Shown here piece after piece: positions 35,947 to 45,337 of a DNA stretch of 47,668 nucleotides. This DNA comes from Candidatus Nomurabacteria bacterium RIFOXYB1_FULL_39_16 (GTDB lineage: Bacteria; Patescibacteriota; Minisyncoccia; Phycocordibacterales; UBA9973). The position numbers were made by a program, and so were the translations under genes. Within the stretch, counting starts at the first letter, position 1; each line of letters starts with the position of its first letter. The DNA lies in assembly GCA_001787205.1 (NCBI GenBank), contig MFWB01000011.1, positions 1 through 47,668 on the forward strand. The letters run 5' to 3'. The notes beneath the pieces are model-generated. The model searched no databases and was not told the DNA's origin. It was given only the letters and a program-made list of their open reading frames with translations.

Positions 35947-35998
35947 TTTTAGACACCTCCTACTTTATCATCACACTGATTTCATAAAATAGCAAGTA

Positions 35999-38900
35999 TT
36001 ATTTCTCAATTTTTATTTTGAATACTAGCTCGTCTATTTTGACTTCCCCGCCTGCTCCCTCATCGTGAGGGCGGGCAGGTTCCCCATCAGTATTTTTGAA
36101 TTCTATTTTAGATACCAATACAGTCTTTTTGAGATCATTTTCAAATTTTTGAATTAATTTTTTACCAGCATCATCTGTTTCAATGAGAAGCGTGATGACA
36201 TCACTCGGAGTAAGCCCCATCTTTTTTCTCATATCTTGCAGGGCACGAGCAAGCTCTCTATAGTCCCCTTCTTCTTTTAACTCTGGAGTTATTTGTATAT
36301 CTAACTCCACCTCATTTTCAATATTTTTATTTTCTACTACTTCTTTTACGTTAATTTCATCTTTGATGAGTTCCGTGTATTCTTCTCCCAGGGCAAAATT
36401 CTTGATTTCTAATTTACTAAGTGGTTGCCTGACTTTTAGTCCGGCTTTTTGTCTCGCTTCAAGACCCAAAGTGACGATATTTCTGGTCTTTTCCATTTTT
36501 TCTATTATTTTTGACTTATCGTCATAAGAAAAAATCTTAAAAAGACTAACAGCGCTACCATTAAGAGCAAGCCATTCGGTCAAATGAACACTTTCCACTT
36601 CGTCAGTGTTACGCAACCTCAGCCAGATATCTTCCGCGGCAAAAGGTGCAAATGGGGCTAATATTTTAGCCAGGGTTTTCAATATATAATATAAGGATTG
36701 TTTCGCATTAATATCTCCTTCTTTGATTCTGTCCCGAGAACGACGTAAATACCAAGTAGAAAGGTCATCTATAAATAAATCTATTGGCCTAGTCGCCTCT
36801 GCCATATCATAATTCTCCATACCTTTCGTAATCTCATCTATCGTTTGAAGTAACCGTGATAAAATCCACTGATCCAACACGGCCTTACTCTCTTCCACAT
36901 TATTAAATTCACATTTTTTATCTCTATAAAGTTCATAAAAGGCGAGAACATTGAAAAGTCTACCAATTATTTTACTTGAAATATCTTGTACTGCTTTCTC
37001 TGAGAAATTTGCATCTTCGCCTTTCATTAAAGTAGAAGACATCAGATAAATGCGCAGCGCATCCGCGCCATATTTGTCTATGAAGCTCCACGGGTCGGGA
37101 TAATTATTCTTTGACTTGGACATCTTCTCTCCATCTCCAGCTCTTATGGTACCAGTCGTGACGACATTTTCAAATGGTGCTTGATTAAAAAGTATAGTGG
37201 ACACAACGTGCGTATAATAAAACCAAGTTCTAACTTGCCCTATATATTCAGCCACAAAGCCTGCCGGAAAATTATTCTTCTGCCAATCTTTGTTTTCAAA
37301 TGGATAGTGGTCCTGCGCGAAAGGCATAGAGCCGGACTCAAACCAACAGTCCAAAACTTCAGGGATACGTACTAAATCATTTCCACATCCACAAACAAGA
37401 TTAACTTCATCAATATACGGTCGATGTAAATCTAATTGCCCGTTAGCATTTCTCGGTAATGATAAAAAATCACATTGAAAAACTTCTGCATTTTGAATTG
37501 CAGGATATTTTATATTTAAATTATCAAATTCCTCTTTTTCACTCAATGATTCGTAACTAGACAACAATACACGAATTGGGTATTCATGAGAAATTATTAA
37601 AATATTCTTTCCTGAGTATTTTTTTTCTAAATCACTTAAAATACCAATCATTCTCTTTCTGATATCTTCACTATTTTCATCTGGTGATTTTTCTGCGCCG
37701 GCTTCTCTTAATTCTTCATTAATAATGATTTGGTCTTTTTGAATATCAAAAAATTCTGCTACAATTTCTGCTGTTTGTTTAGTTCTAGTAAAACTAGAAG
37801 AAATGATTATATCTGGTTTTTTTTCTAAACTTTCTGCTTTTGTTTTGACTTGCTTTATACCTTCTTCTGTTAAAGCGTCATTCGCTTCCCCAGCTTTCAA
37901 GCTTTCTGCATTTTTTGCATTTGCGATAGAAACACCATGTCGCATGACAAAATATTTATTTCCGGATTTTTTGGTTTTATTTTTCAAATCTTCTAAAGAA
38001 CTTACAAAGGTCTGCTCTTTGCATTTCTCGCATTTCCAAATCGGAAGCGGACTTGCCCAATAACGGTTCCTAGAGATATTCCAGTCCGGGGCATTTTCCA
38101 TTATGTTTTTAAATCTCCCTTCTTTTAAGTGAGCAGGAATCCAATTCATATTCTCCGCCCGCTTTATGACATTTTCTTTTACTTTTTTGATATTTATAAA
38201 CCACGAAGGCAGAGCGTAATAAATGATGGGAGTGTCGCAACGATAACAATGCGGATAAGAGTGGATTATTTTTTCCTTAGCAAAAAGAACATTGCTCTTT
38301 GCTAAATATTTTATTACTTCAACATCCGCTTTTTGATGTCCATCCTTGTCTTCGGATTTTGGTTTTACTTGCATACCCGCAAAGTCAGTGACTTCTGGCT
38401 TAAATCGTCCTGTCTCATCCACGTGGATAATCCAAGGAATGTCGTTCTGTTTAGCCAAATTCATGTCGTCCTCTCCGAAGGCCGGAGCCTCGTGCGCCAT
38501 ACCTGTACCCTTATCCAGAGTTACGAAATCCGCATGCCAAACTTTCCAAATATTTTTATTTTTTGCGGCTTCGGAATCTTTATAATATGGGAAAATTGGT
38601 TTATACTTTTTGCCAACTAAATCTCCACCACTGATTTCTCCTAAAACAGAATATTCTTTGTCTTTAAGAACATTTTGTAGTGTTTCTTTTGCAAGTATAA
38701 AAATTTCATCACCCACTTTTGCTTTAACGTAAGTGAAATTTTTATTTATAGCAATAGCCGTATTGCCTGGAAGTGTCCATGGAGTCGTAGTCCAAGCAAG
38801 AAGATAAGTTTTTGGCTCACCTGCCTGCGCAGGCAGGTCTTCTAGTTCAAACTTTACATATACAGAAATATCAGAAATATCTTTATAACTGTTATCCATC

Positions 38901-39487
38901 GCAATTTCAGAATTTGCTATTGGTGTCTCACATCTAGAACAATAAGCGAGTACTCGCACTCCTTCATAAATTAAATTCTTTTTATTTAATTCAGATAACG
39001 CCCACCAGACAGATTCAATGAAAGTGTTGTCCATAGTTTTATAACTCCCGCGGAAATCCACCCAACGCCCGATGCGTTCTATCCCCTTTTCCCAATCTTT
39101 ATCATATTGCAGGACTTTACTTCGCGCGTATTCAACGAATTTATCAATGCCGTATTCTTCAATTTCTTGATGCCCAGCAATCTTTAACTCTTTTTCAACG
39201 ATATTCTCAATCGGCAATCCGTGGCAATCCCAACCCCACTTACGAGGCACGTGATACCCCTGCATCGTCTGATACCTACCTATGACGTCTTTTGCTGTAC
39301 TCCCCAGTATGTGCCCATAATGTATCTGCCCCGTAGCAAAAGGTGGACCATCATAAAAAACATAGTGCCCCTTGGGCGCCTTCTTCTTTAGCGACTTTTC
39401 AAAAGTTTTACTCTCCCGCCAAAATTCTAAAATGCGCTCTTCACGAAGCGCCGCCTCGGATTTTTTATTTATATTTTTTTCTTCCAT
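35999..39487 (-). CDS. ileS: Isoleucine--tRNA ligase (type 2) with an inserted histidine-phosphatase domain
   Basis: FYDGPPFATGQIHYGH; GWDCHGLP; WTTTPWTLP; DWNISRNRYW; KMSKS; insert YFVMRHG...SSSFTRTKQTA...IISH. Confidence 0.97.
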   Translation of the reverse strand: MEEKNINKKSEAALREERILEFWRESKTFEKSLKKKAPKGHYVFYDGPPFATGQIHYGHILGSTAKDVIGRYQTMQGYHVPRKWGWDCHGLPIENIVEKELKIAGHQEIEEYGIDKFVEYARSKVLQYDKDWEKGIERIGRWVDFRGSYKTMDNTFIESVWWALSELNKKNLIYEGVRVLAYCSRCETPIANSEIAMDNSYKDISDISVYVKFELEDLPAQAGEPKTYLLAWTTTPWTLPGNTAIAINKNFTYVKAKVGDEIFILAKETLQNVLKDKEYSVLGEISGGDLVGKKYKPIFPYYKDSEAAKNKNIWKVWHADFVTLDKGTGMAHEAPAFGEDDMNLAKQNDIPWIIHVDETGRFKPEVTDFAGMQVKPKSEDKDGHQKADVEVIKYLAKSNVLFAKEKIIHSYPHCYRCDTPIIYYALPSWFINIKKVKENVIKRAENMNWIPAHLKEGRFKNIMENAPDWNISRNRYWASPLPIWKCEKCKEQTFVSSLEDLKNKTKKSGNKYFVMRHGVSIANAKNAESLKAGEANDALTEEGIKQVKTKAESLEKKPDIIISSSFTRTKQTAEIVAEFFDIQKDQIIINEELREAGAEKSPDENSEDIRKRMIGILSDLEKKYSGKNILIISHEYPIRVLLSSYESLSEKEEFDNLNIKYPAIQNAEVFQCDFLSLPRNANGQLDLHRPYIDEVNLVCGCGNDLVRIPEVLDCWFESGSMPFAQDHYPFENKDWQKNNFPAGFVAEYIGQVRTWFYYTHVVSTILFNQAPFENVVTTGTIRAGDGEKMSKSKNNYPDPWSFIDKYGADALRIYLMSSTLMKGEDANFSEKAVQDISSKIIGRLFNVLAFYELYRDKKCEFNNVEESKAVLDQWILSRLLQTIDEITKGMENYDMAEATRPIDLFIDDLSTWYLRRSRDRIKEGDINAKQSLYYILKTLAKILAPFAPFAAEDIWLRLRNTDEVESVHLTEWLALNGSAVSLFKIFSYDDKSKIIEKMEKTRNIVTLGLEARQKAGLKVRQPLSKLEIKNFALGEEYTELIKDEINVKEVVENKNIENEVELDIQITPELKEEGDYRELARALQDMRKKMGLTPSDVITLLIETDDAGKKLIQKFENDLKKTVLVSKIEFKNTDGEPARPHDEGAGGEVKIDELVFKIKIEK
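36047..36079. repeat. 33-bp palindromic insert near the ileS 3' end
   Basis: Minus strand CCTGCCCGCCCTCACGATGAGGGAGCAGGCGGG = PARPHDEGAGG; same ends as the efp insert. Confidence 0.85.
38820..38837. repeat. 18-bp perfect palindrome insert in ileS
   Basis: CCTGCCTGC|GCAGGCAGG, encoding LPAQAG in VKFELED|EPKTYLLAW. Confidence 0.8.
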
Positions 39488-39499
39488 AAAATTATTTTT

Positions 39500-39672
39500 T
39501 AATAAAAAAACTCGTCCACGTACAACAATTTTAATAATTGCTATACAAGGACGAGTTTCTCGCTCGTGGTACCACCTTGGTTGCTTCTCATTTCCTGCTA
39601 TAACGGGCTTACCCGTCGGGTTCTACTTTGTTTCTTCCCGAAGCTCCAGGGCGATACCCCTTTCAACGCTTA
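39500..39672 (-). ncRNA. T-box riboswitch (Ile) upstream of ileS
   Basis: T-box AACCAAGGTGGTACCACG (39565-39582); antiterminator CTCGTCCTT; terminator CTCGTCC...GGACGAG-T7; stem II AGTAGAA; stem IIA CGGGTAAGCCCG with CCGTTA; ATC specifier at 39653-39655. Confidence 0.92.
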
Positions 39673-39770
39673 TGAATGAATAATAACACAAAATAATACA
39701 AAAACACAATCTCATTTTTTATATTTCATAATACAAAACCTATTTACACCATGGTTGAAATGTGTAAAAA

Positions 39771-41336
39771 TCAGTTTCTCAACCCAAGTTTTTCAAGCCT
39801 AGCAGTTATTGCCCCTCTTTTTCTGCCGAAACTTTTCATTAAATCAGACACTCCAATGCCAGATATAAATAATCTTTTCAGCTCTTCATCTTGCTCTTTA
39901 CTCCATGGACGATAAGCATTTGTATGTTTTTCTCGAATTTCAGAAAATCCATCTTTCTTTTTTTCTTTTTTTATCTTTCCCCCACAAGCAACAACAAAAT
40001 TATCATGCATCTTTTTGAGCTCGTCTTTTGAAATATTTCCAAAAATTTTTCCGGCATCTTGTGATTTATTTTTAAAATCAATATCTTTCTTTAAAATCTC
40101 CGGATGCACCTTGAGCGCATGTTCGTTGATACCGAGAAGATAAAGCCCAGAGAGCCTACGTACGCGCGAAAGAGCCACATAACCCTGCCCAAACTCAAAA
40201 ACCTGTGACAAATCCATCACCGCTGCATCCATACTCATCCCTTGGCTCTTGTGTACAGTAATAGCCCAAGCAAGGCGAAGTGGAACTTGCGTTATCTGTG
40301 CGCGAATCTTGCCGTTTTCTTCAACACTCCAATCCATGGGTGCGATAGTAATGTTGTATCCTCTTCTAGTCTTGATAATCGGATATCCACTAAATTCTTC
40401 AAAGCCAACCACAACACCCAAGGTGCCGTTCACAAACCTTTCTTTTTGATTATTTTTTGTACACATCACTACCGCCCCCGTTTTTAATTCCAAAACTTCC
40501 GGGGACAAGCATCCCTTTTTGAGGGTTTCTACAATTTTATCATTCCCATCTGAAAGCATTTTAAAAGATTTTATTTCTTCCTCTATCTTTGCAAGCTCTC
40601 CATTATTTACCCTATCTACATCAAAATTATGCGAGAAAAGTTTCGTCACGTTTTCGGGCATATCTTCAAAATCTATTTGTCTTGAAGATATAAGCTCGTG
40701 ATGATTTTCTTTAAAATTATTTGTGCGAATACCAGAAAGCACCGAGAGAAAATCTGCATCATCTTGACGATGTTGCTCCGCTAAATAACATATGACCAAC
40801 CGTGCCCTCTCCCAAGCCCCGGAATCATAGGCGAAAATTCCTAAATTTTTCGTTTCCTTGGCGAATAAATTTTGTTTCGTTTTTGTTTCTTCTTTTTTTA
40901 CGATTGGTGGTAATTGAAAAAAGTCTCCCACCAAAACAGTTTGTATTCCGCCAAAAGTTTCATCATTTTGTTTTATTTCCCGACAAACCATATCTACCAT
41001 ATCAAGCATGTCGGGAGAAAGCATAGAAACTTCATCAATAATTAACACTTTCGTGCGACTTACTCGCCTTACGATATATTCACTGCTCGCTATTTTATCC
41101 AAATCATATTTGTCTAGTTTTGTTTTAATGCCTATACCGCTCCAAGAATGGATGGTCATCCCACCTATGTGCGTCGCGGCGATGCCCGTGGAGGCGGTAA
41201 TGGCCGGCTCTATGTCATGCATACGCAAATAATCCACAAAAGTATTTATGGTATGCGTTTTCCCGGCCCCGGGTTCTCCTGTAAGAAATACATTTGCGCC
41301 AGTTTTTAAAATATCTAAAGCTCGCTCTTGGGTCAC
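39771..41336 (-). CDS. PIF1-family SF1B DNA helicase with C-terminal HTH-like domain
   Basis: TGEPGAGKT; IIDEVSM; GDFFQLPP; QVPLRLAWAITVHKSQGMS; GQGYVALSR. Confidence 0.93.
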   Translation of the reverse strand: MTQERALDILKTGANVFLTGEPGAGKTHTINTFVDYLRMHDIEPAITASTGIAATHIGGMTIHSWSGIGIKTKLDKYDLDKIASSEYIVRRVSRTKVLIIDEVSMLSPDMLDMVDMVCREIKQNDETFGGIQTVLVGDFFQLPPIVKKEETKTKQNLFAKETKNLGIFAYDSGAWERARLVICYLAEQHRQDDADFLSVLSGIRTNNFKENHHELISSRQIDFEDMPENVTKLFSHNFDVDRVNNGELAKIEEEIKSFKMLSDGNDKIVETLKKGCLSPEVLELKTGAVVMCTKNNQKERFVNGTLGVVVGFEEFSGYPIIKTRRGYNITIAPMDWSVEENGKIRAQITQVPLRLAWAITVHKSQGMSMDAAVMDLSQVFEFGQGYVALSRVRRLSGLYLLGINEHALKVHPEILKKDIDFKNKSQDAGKIFGNISKDELKKMHDNFVVACGGKIKKEKKKDGFSEIREKHTNAYRPWSKEQDEELKRLFISGIGVSDLMKSFGRKRGAITARLEKLGLRN

Positions 41337-41347
41337 GTTTTATTTTA

Positions 41348-43063
41348 CTACATTTTTTTCGGAGCGGCGATACCCAAGAGGTGGAGACCTGTTTTCATCA
41401 CGAAAGAAAAGGCATAAGTGAGAGCCACTTTATAGGAAGAAGTTTTGTCTTCTTTGTTTACTATGACCATATTTCCATAAAAGCTGTTGTAGGCGCGAGC
41501 AACTTCAATCAAATAATTTGCAATATAATGCGGTTCGTATTCTCGGGCTGACTTCAGCACTATTTCAGGGAATTGATATAATAATTTTTCCACTTCAAAG
41601 GTTTCTTCCGGCGCTACTTCAAAATCCGGCAAGATATTTTCTTTTTGTGCTTTTTCCAAGACTGAATTTGCCCGAGCATAAGAATATTGCAGATACGGCC
41701 CCGAGTCCCCTTCAAAAGAAATTGATTTTTCAAAATCAAAGATGATGTCTCCGCCCGTGGATTGTTTTAGGATTGAATACTTTATCGCGGAGACTCCAAC
41801 GTCGGAGGCAACCTTTTCTCTTTCTTCATTCCCAAAATCGCGGTTCGTCATCCTCTCCAATATCGCGTCACGAACATCATTCAAGAGCGCTTCCCCGGTC
41901 ACCACGTTACCCTTCCTTGAACCCATCTTGCCGGAAGCGAGACGCATCATACCGTGAGAAATATGCAACATTCTATTTTCATAATCCGGATGGAGGAGAG
42001 ACAGGGCTTTCGCCACGACACGCATATAATCCATCTGTTCGTTGGCGGTTATGACGATAGACAAATCCATTTGAGGCATTGTTTTAAACTTTTCTTCTGT
42101 CAGGCCAAGTTCTTTTGCTTCATAAGTAGGTAAGCCTTGGGAAGTGATGAAAACTCTGGTATGAAGCTTCGGGTCGTATTTTTCGGCTTTAAACACAACG
42201 GCGCCGTCCGATTCTTCAAAAACATTTCCCATATTCGCGCGGACGATATCCACGCCGATAGACATCATTTGGCTTTCCAAGAAGTAGAGGTCAAATTTTG
42301 TACCAAGCGTTTTGTATAAATCTTCAAAGGCTTCCATTGTCACTTTGAAACCCCAAGCATATATTTCATTTATTTTCGGATCGCTTTTCGCATAAACTTT
42401 TTTATTAATCTCATCAATTTCCTTTTTTGCTTCTTCGTTGTTTTCATATTCCCCGGCGCCGAACACATACGCCATACCTATATTAGTCGCCTGAAAATTG
42501 TGTGAGCCAACTTTACTTTGTAATTTTTCATTATTAAACAAGCCGTATATGGCCTTCGCAATGTGAAGCCCCACGTCGCCCTGATAATTCGCCCGCGTTG
42601 TTTCTGCTCCAGAGAATTCCACTAGACGAGAAATGGATTCACCAATGGCATTATTCATCAAGTGCCCAATATGGAGAGGTTTGAAGGGGTTCGGCTGAGT
42701 ATATTCCACCATCATTTTCTTTCCTTTTAATAAATCATTTTTGCCGAAATTTTCCGCTTTGTTTAAAATTTCTTCAATGCTATTGGTAAAAAATTTCCTG
42801 GATAGGTAAAAATTTATAAAACCAACACCGGCAATCTCAACTTTTTCTATATTTTTATCCACATTCAATCTATTTATTTCAAACACTATCTCTTCTGCCA
42901 AAACTTTCGGATTTTTATTTAAAAGTTTAGAAATTGCTAAAGCAACGTTCGTAGAATAGTCTCCATTCTTTAAATCTTCCGGATGTTCCAGCGCAATATC
43001 ACTTACTTCTATGGCAAGATTCTTTAACGCGTCTTTAATTAAATTTTTAATTTTTTGTTCCAT
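41348..43063 (-). CDS. argS: Arginine--tRNA ligase
   Basis: GDYSTNVAL; VEYTQPNPFKPLHIGH; KMGSRKG; FEGDSGPYLQYSYAR. Confidence 0.97.
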   Translation of the reverse strand: MEQKIKNLIKDALKNLAIEVSDIALEHPEDLKNGDYSTNVALAISKLLNKNPKVLAEEIVFEINRLNVDKNIEKVEIAGVGFINFYLSRKFFTNSIEEILNKAENFGKNDLLKGKKMMVEYTQPNPFKPLHIGHLMNNAIGESISRLVEFSGAETTRANYQGDVGLHIAKAIYGLFNNEKLQSKVGSHNFQATNIGMAYVFGAGEYENNEEAKKEIDEINKKVYAKSDPKINEIYAWGFKVTMEAFEDLYKTLGTKFDLYFLESQMMSIGVDIVRANMGNVFEESDGAVVFKAEKYDPKLHTRVFITSQGLPTYEAKELGLTEEKFKTMPQMDLSIVITANEQMDYMRVVAKALSLLHPDYENRMLHISHGMMRLASGKMGSRKGNVVTGEALLNDVRDAILERMTNRDFGNEEREKVASDVGVSAIKYSILKQSTGGDIIFDFEKSISFEGDSGPYLQYSYARANSVLEKAQKENILPDFEVAPEETFEVEKLLYQFPEIVLKSAREYEPHYIANYLIEVARAYNSFYGNMVIVNKEDKTSSYKVALTYAFSFVMKTGLHLLGIAAPKKM

Positions 43064-43065
43064 AA

Positions 43066-43491
43066 TTATTTTAGCCCAGTACTCCCCTCACGTCCATCTC
43101 CCCGAATAGTTTCAGAAAGCTCATCAGCTTCTAAAATATCACAATGCTCAAATCTCTGAATTACCATTTGTGCTATTTTATGACCTTTTTCTATTATAAC
43201 CTCTTTGTCAGAAGTATTTAATAGACTCATTATAAGTTCGCCTCTATATACAGAATCTATAACACCCCCCATAACCTTTAAACCTAGGTTAAAAGAAATA
43301 CTGGATTTGTCCCAAATAAGTCCAACATATCCCTCTGGAATTTCAACTGCAACACCAGTACCTATTTTCATTTGTTTGCCTGGTGGAAATATAACGTTTT
43401 CTGTAGCATAAAAATCCATACCCGCGTCACCAGGATGCCCGTGTGTTGGCAATTTTGCATTTTCCTTTAATTTTTTAACTTTAATTTGCAT
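43066..43491 (-). CDS. dut: dUTP diphosphatase
   Basis: GDAGMDF; GGVIDSVYRGE; IAQMVI; RGDGREGSTG. Confidence 0.95.
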   Translation of the reverse strand: MQIKVKKLKENAKLPTHGHPGDAGMDFYATENVIFPPGKQMKIGTGVAVEIPEGYVGLIWDKSSISFNLGLKVMGGVIDSVYRGELIMSLLNTSDKEVIIEKGHKIAQMVIQRFEHCDILEADELSETIRGDGREGSTGLK

Positions 43492-44184
43492 TTAAATTAT
43501 TTTTTTAACTTTTCCATAAACTATCTCGTGAATTTGCTCCCGAGATAAAATCTCCTTCTTGGGCGCGCAATCTATTTTTATAAAATTTGGAATTTCTTTT
43601 ACGAGCCACAAGGCGCTTTTTCTGGAGTTTATTAGATGATTAACATCCGCTTCGTGCACATCTTTTTTCTTTTTTAAATATTCCCTCTTCATTTTACTAC
43701 TGTCACGTTCTTTCAAAAGCTGTAAAACAATATTTATCGGCAGACTCAAATACAAGGTAATGTCGGGGCGAGGAATACCGAAAACTTCGTACTCCATCTC
43801 GTCCAACCATTTTATAAAATCATTTCTCTTTTTTGCGTTTTTTATTTTACCCCCTTGGTGAATCTGATTTGCTGAAACATATCGATTCGCTACGACAATG
43901 TATCCCTTTTTCAACCAATTTTGTATTTCTTTACTTGATTCAAAACGGTCTGCCGCATACAAAACAGAAGCAATCTTCGGATGCACGTTTAAGAAATTGT
44001 AATATTGTTCAGAAAGGCAGTGTCCAATAAAAGCTCCGAAGAAATTTTTATAGTATTCTGGAAAATCCACCACCTTTACAGTCTTTCCTTCTTTTTTTAA
44101 TCTTTTTACCAAGAGAGCAACCTGTGTCGCCTTTCCACTTCCATCCGTACCGTCTATTACTATGAGTTTACCTTTCTTAGTCAT
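43492..44184 (-). CDS. tmk: Thymidylate kinase
   Basis: IVIDGTDGSGKATQ; LYAADR; NRYVSAN; PRPDITLYL. Confidence 0.93.
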   Translation of the reverse strand: MTKKGKLIVIDGTDGSGKATQVALLVKRLKKEGKTVKVVDFPEYYKNFFGAFIGHCLSEQYYNFLNVHPKIASVLYAADRFESSKEIQNWLKKGYIVVANRYVSANQIHQGGKIKNAKKRNDFIKWLDEMEYEVFGIPRPDITLYLSLPINIVLQLLKERDSSKMKREYLKKKKDVHEADVNHLINSRKSALWLVKEIPNFIKIDCAPKKEILSREQIHEIVYGKVKKII

Positions 44185-44575
44185 TTAAAGATAATAACAC
44201 TTCTTTGAAATATCTGTCCATCGGTTCAAGATTCTTTACTTCTTCCAGAGAAAGCCATTTGTATTCAGAGTGTTCATCACTCAATTTCACTTCACCATCA
44301 GCAAAACCAGTATACGTCAGACGAACGATATGTTTATGTGGTCTTATTATATCTTGTGCTGTTATTAGTTTTGGTTCACCGATTATTTCAAGTCTTGTTT
44401 CTTCCATTACTTCTCTTTTTAAATTTTCAAATAAAATTGAACCAGGATTTATTCTTCCACCTGCAAATTCCCAATGAGATTCTACTTCTGAATATTTTTC
44501 TGGTGAACGACGAAGAGTCAAATACTTTCCATCTTTATTCTTTAGTAAAATTTTTACGCCGACTTGTAGTTCCAT
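44177..44575 (-). CDS. NUDIX hydrolase
   Basis: Nudix box WEFAGGRINPGSILFENLKREVMEET; start MELQVG. Confidence 0.9.
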   Translation of the reverse strand: MELQVGVKILLKNKDGKYLTLRRSPEKYSEVESHWEFAGGRINPGSILFENLKREVMEETRLEIIGEPKLITAQDIIRPHKHIVRLTYTGFADGEVKLSDEHSEYKWLSLEEVKNLEPMDRYFKEVLLSLND

Positions 44576-44576
44576 A

Positions 44577-45317
44577 TTATTTTCCTGAAATTGAATATCC
44601 ACCATCGACTAAAATAGTTTGACCAGTAATAAAACTAGCCTTATCACTCGCTAAAAATAAAATCGCTTCTGCTATTTCTTCTGGTCGTGCTACTCTTCCC
44701 AATAAACAACTTTCTGCCTTTTCTAAAAACTTTTTATCAGTTCTAGTTTTAGACATTGGCGTATCAGTAAATCCAGGAGCTATTGCATTAATTGCAATAT
44801 TTGGAGCAAATTGTTTAGCCAATGATGCTGTAAGATTTATAATGGCGCTCTTAGAAACAGAATAAGCTGGGTTGCCACAAGTTCCCGTATATCCCCTAAT
44901 TGAGGCAATATTAATTATTCGGCCATATTTATTTTTTTGCATTTGTGGAATGATAGCTTGGCAAAAATGTGTAGTTCCCAATACATTGGTTTTAAACATA
45001 TCAATCCAAAATTCATCCGTTGATTCTAAAAATTCCTGAATAGGAGATATCCCTGCTGAATTGACTAAAATATCAATTTTTCCAACTTTTTCTAAAATTC
45101 TTTGCACTTCAGATTGTACTGCTTTCTGGTCTCTAACATCACAAAAAATATATTCACAGCTTAATTCTTTTGCTAAATTTTTTAATTCTTCTTTTTCTCT
45201 TCTTCCGTGAACGACAGGTATCGCTCCATATTTTTTAGCCAATCTCGCTGTTGCCATTCCTATACCAGATGACGAACCTGTAATCAAAATAATTTTATCT
45301 TTTAAATCCATAAACAA
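44577..45317 (-). CDS. Short-chain dehydrogenase/reductase (FabG-like)
   Basis: TGSSSGIG; NSAG; YSVSK (YxxxK); ITGQTILVDGG. Confidence 0.93.
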   Translation of the reverse strand: MFMDLKDKIILITGSSSGIGMATARLAKKYGAIPVVHGRREKEELKNLAKELSCEYIFCDVRDQKAVQSEVQRILEKVGKIDILVNSAGISPIQEFLESTDEFWIDMFKTNVLGTTHFCQAIIPQMQKNKYGRIINIASIRGYTGTCGNPAYSVSKSAIINLTASLAKQFAPNIAINAIAPGFTDTPMSKTRTDKKFLEKAESCLLGRVARPEEIAEAILFLASDKASFITGQTILVDGGYSISGK

Positions 45318-45337
45318 TGATTAATTAACTTATAATT

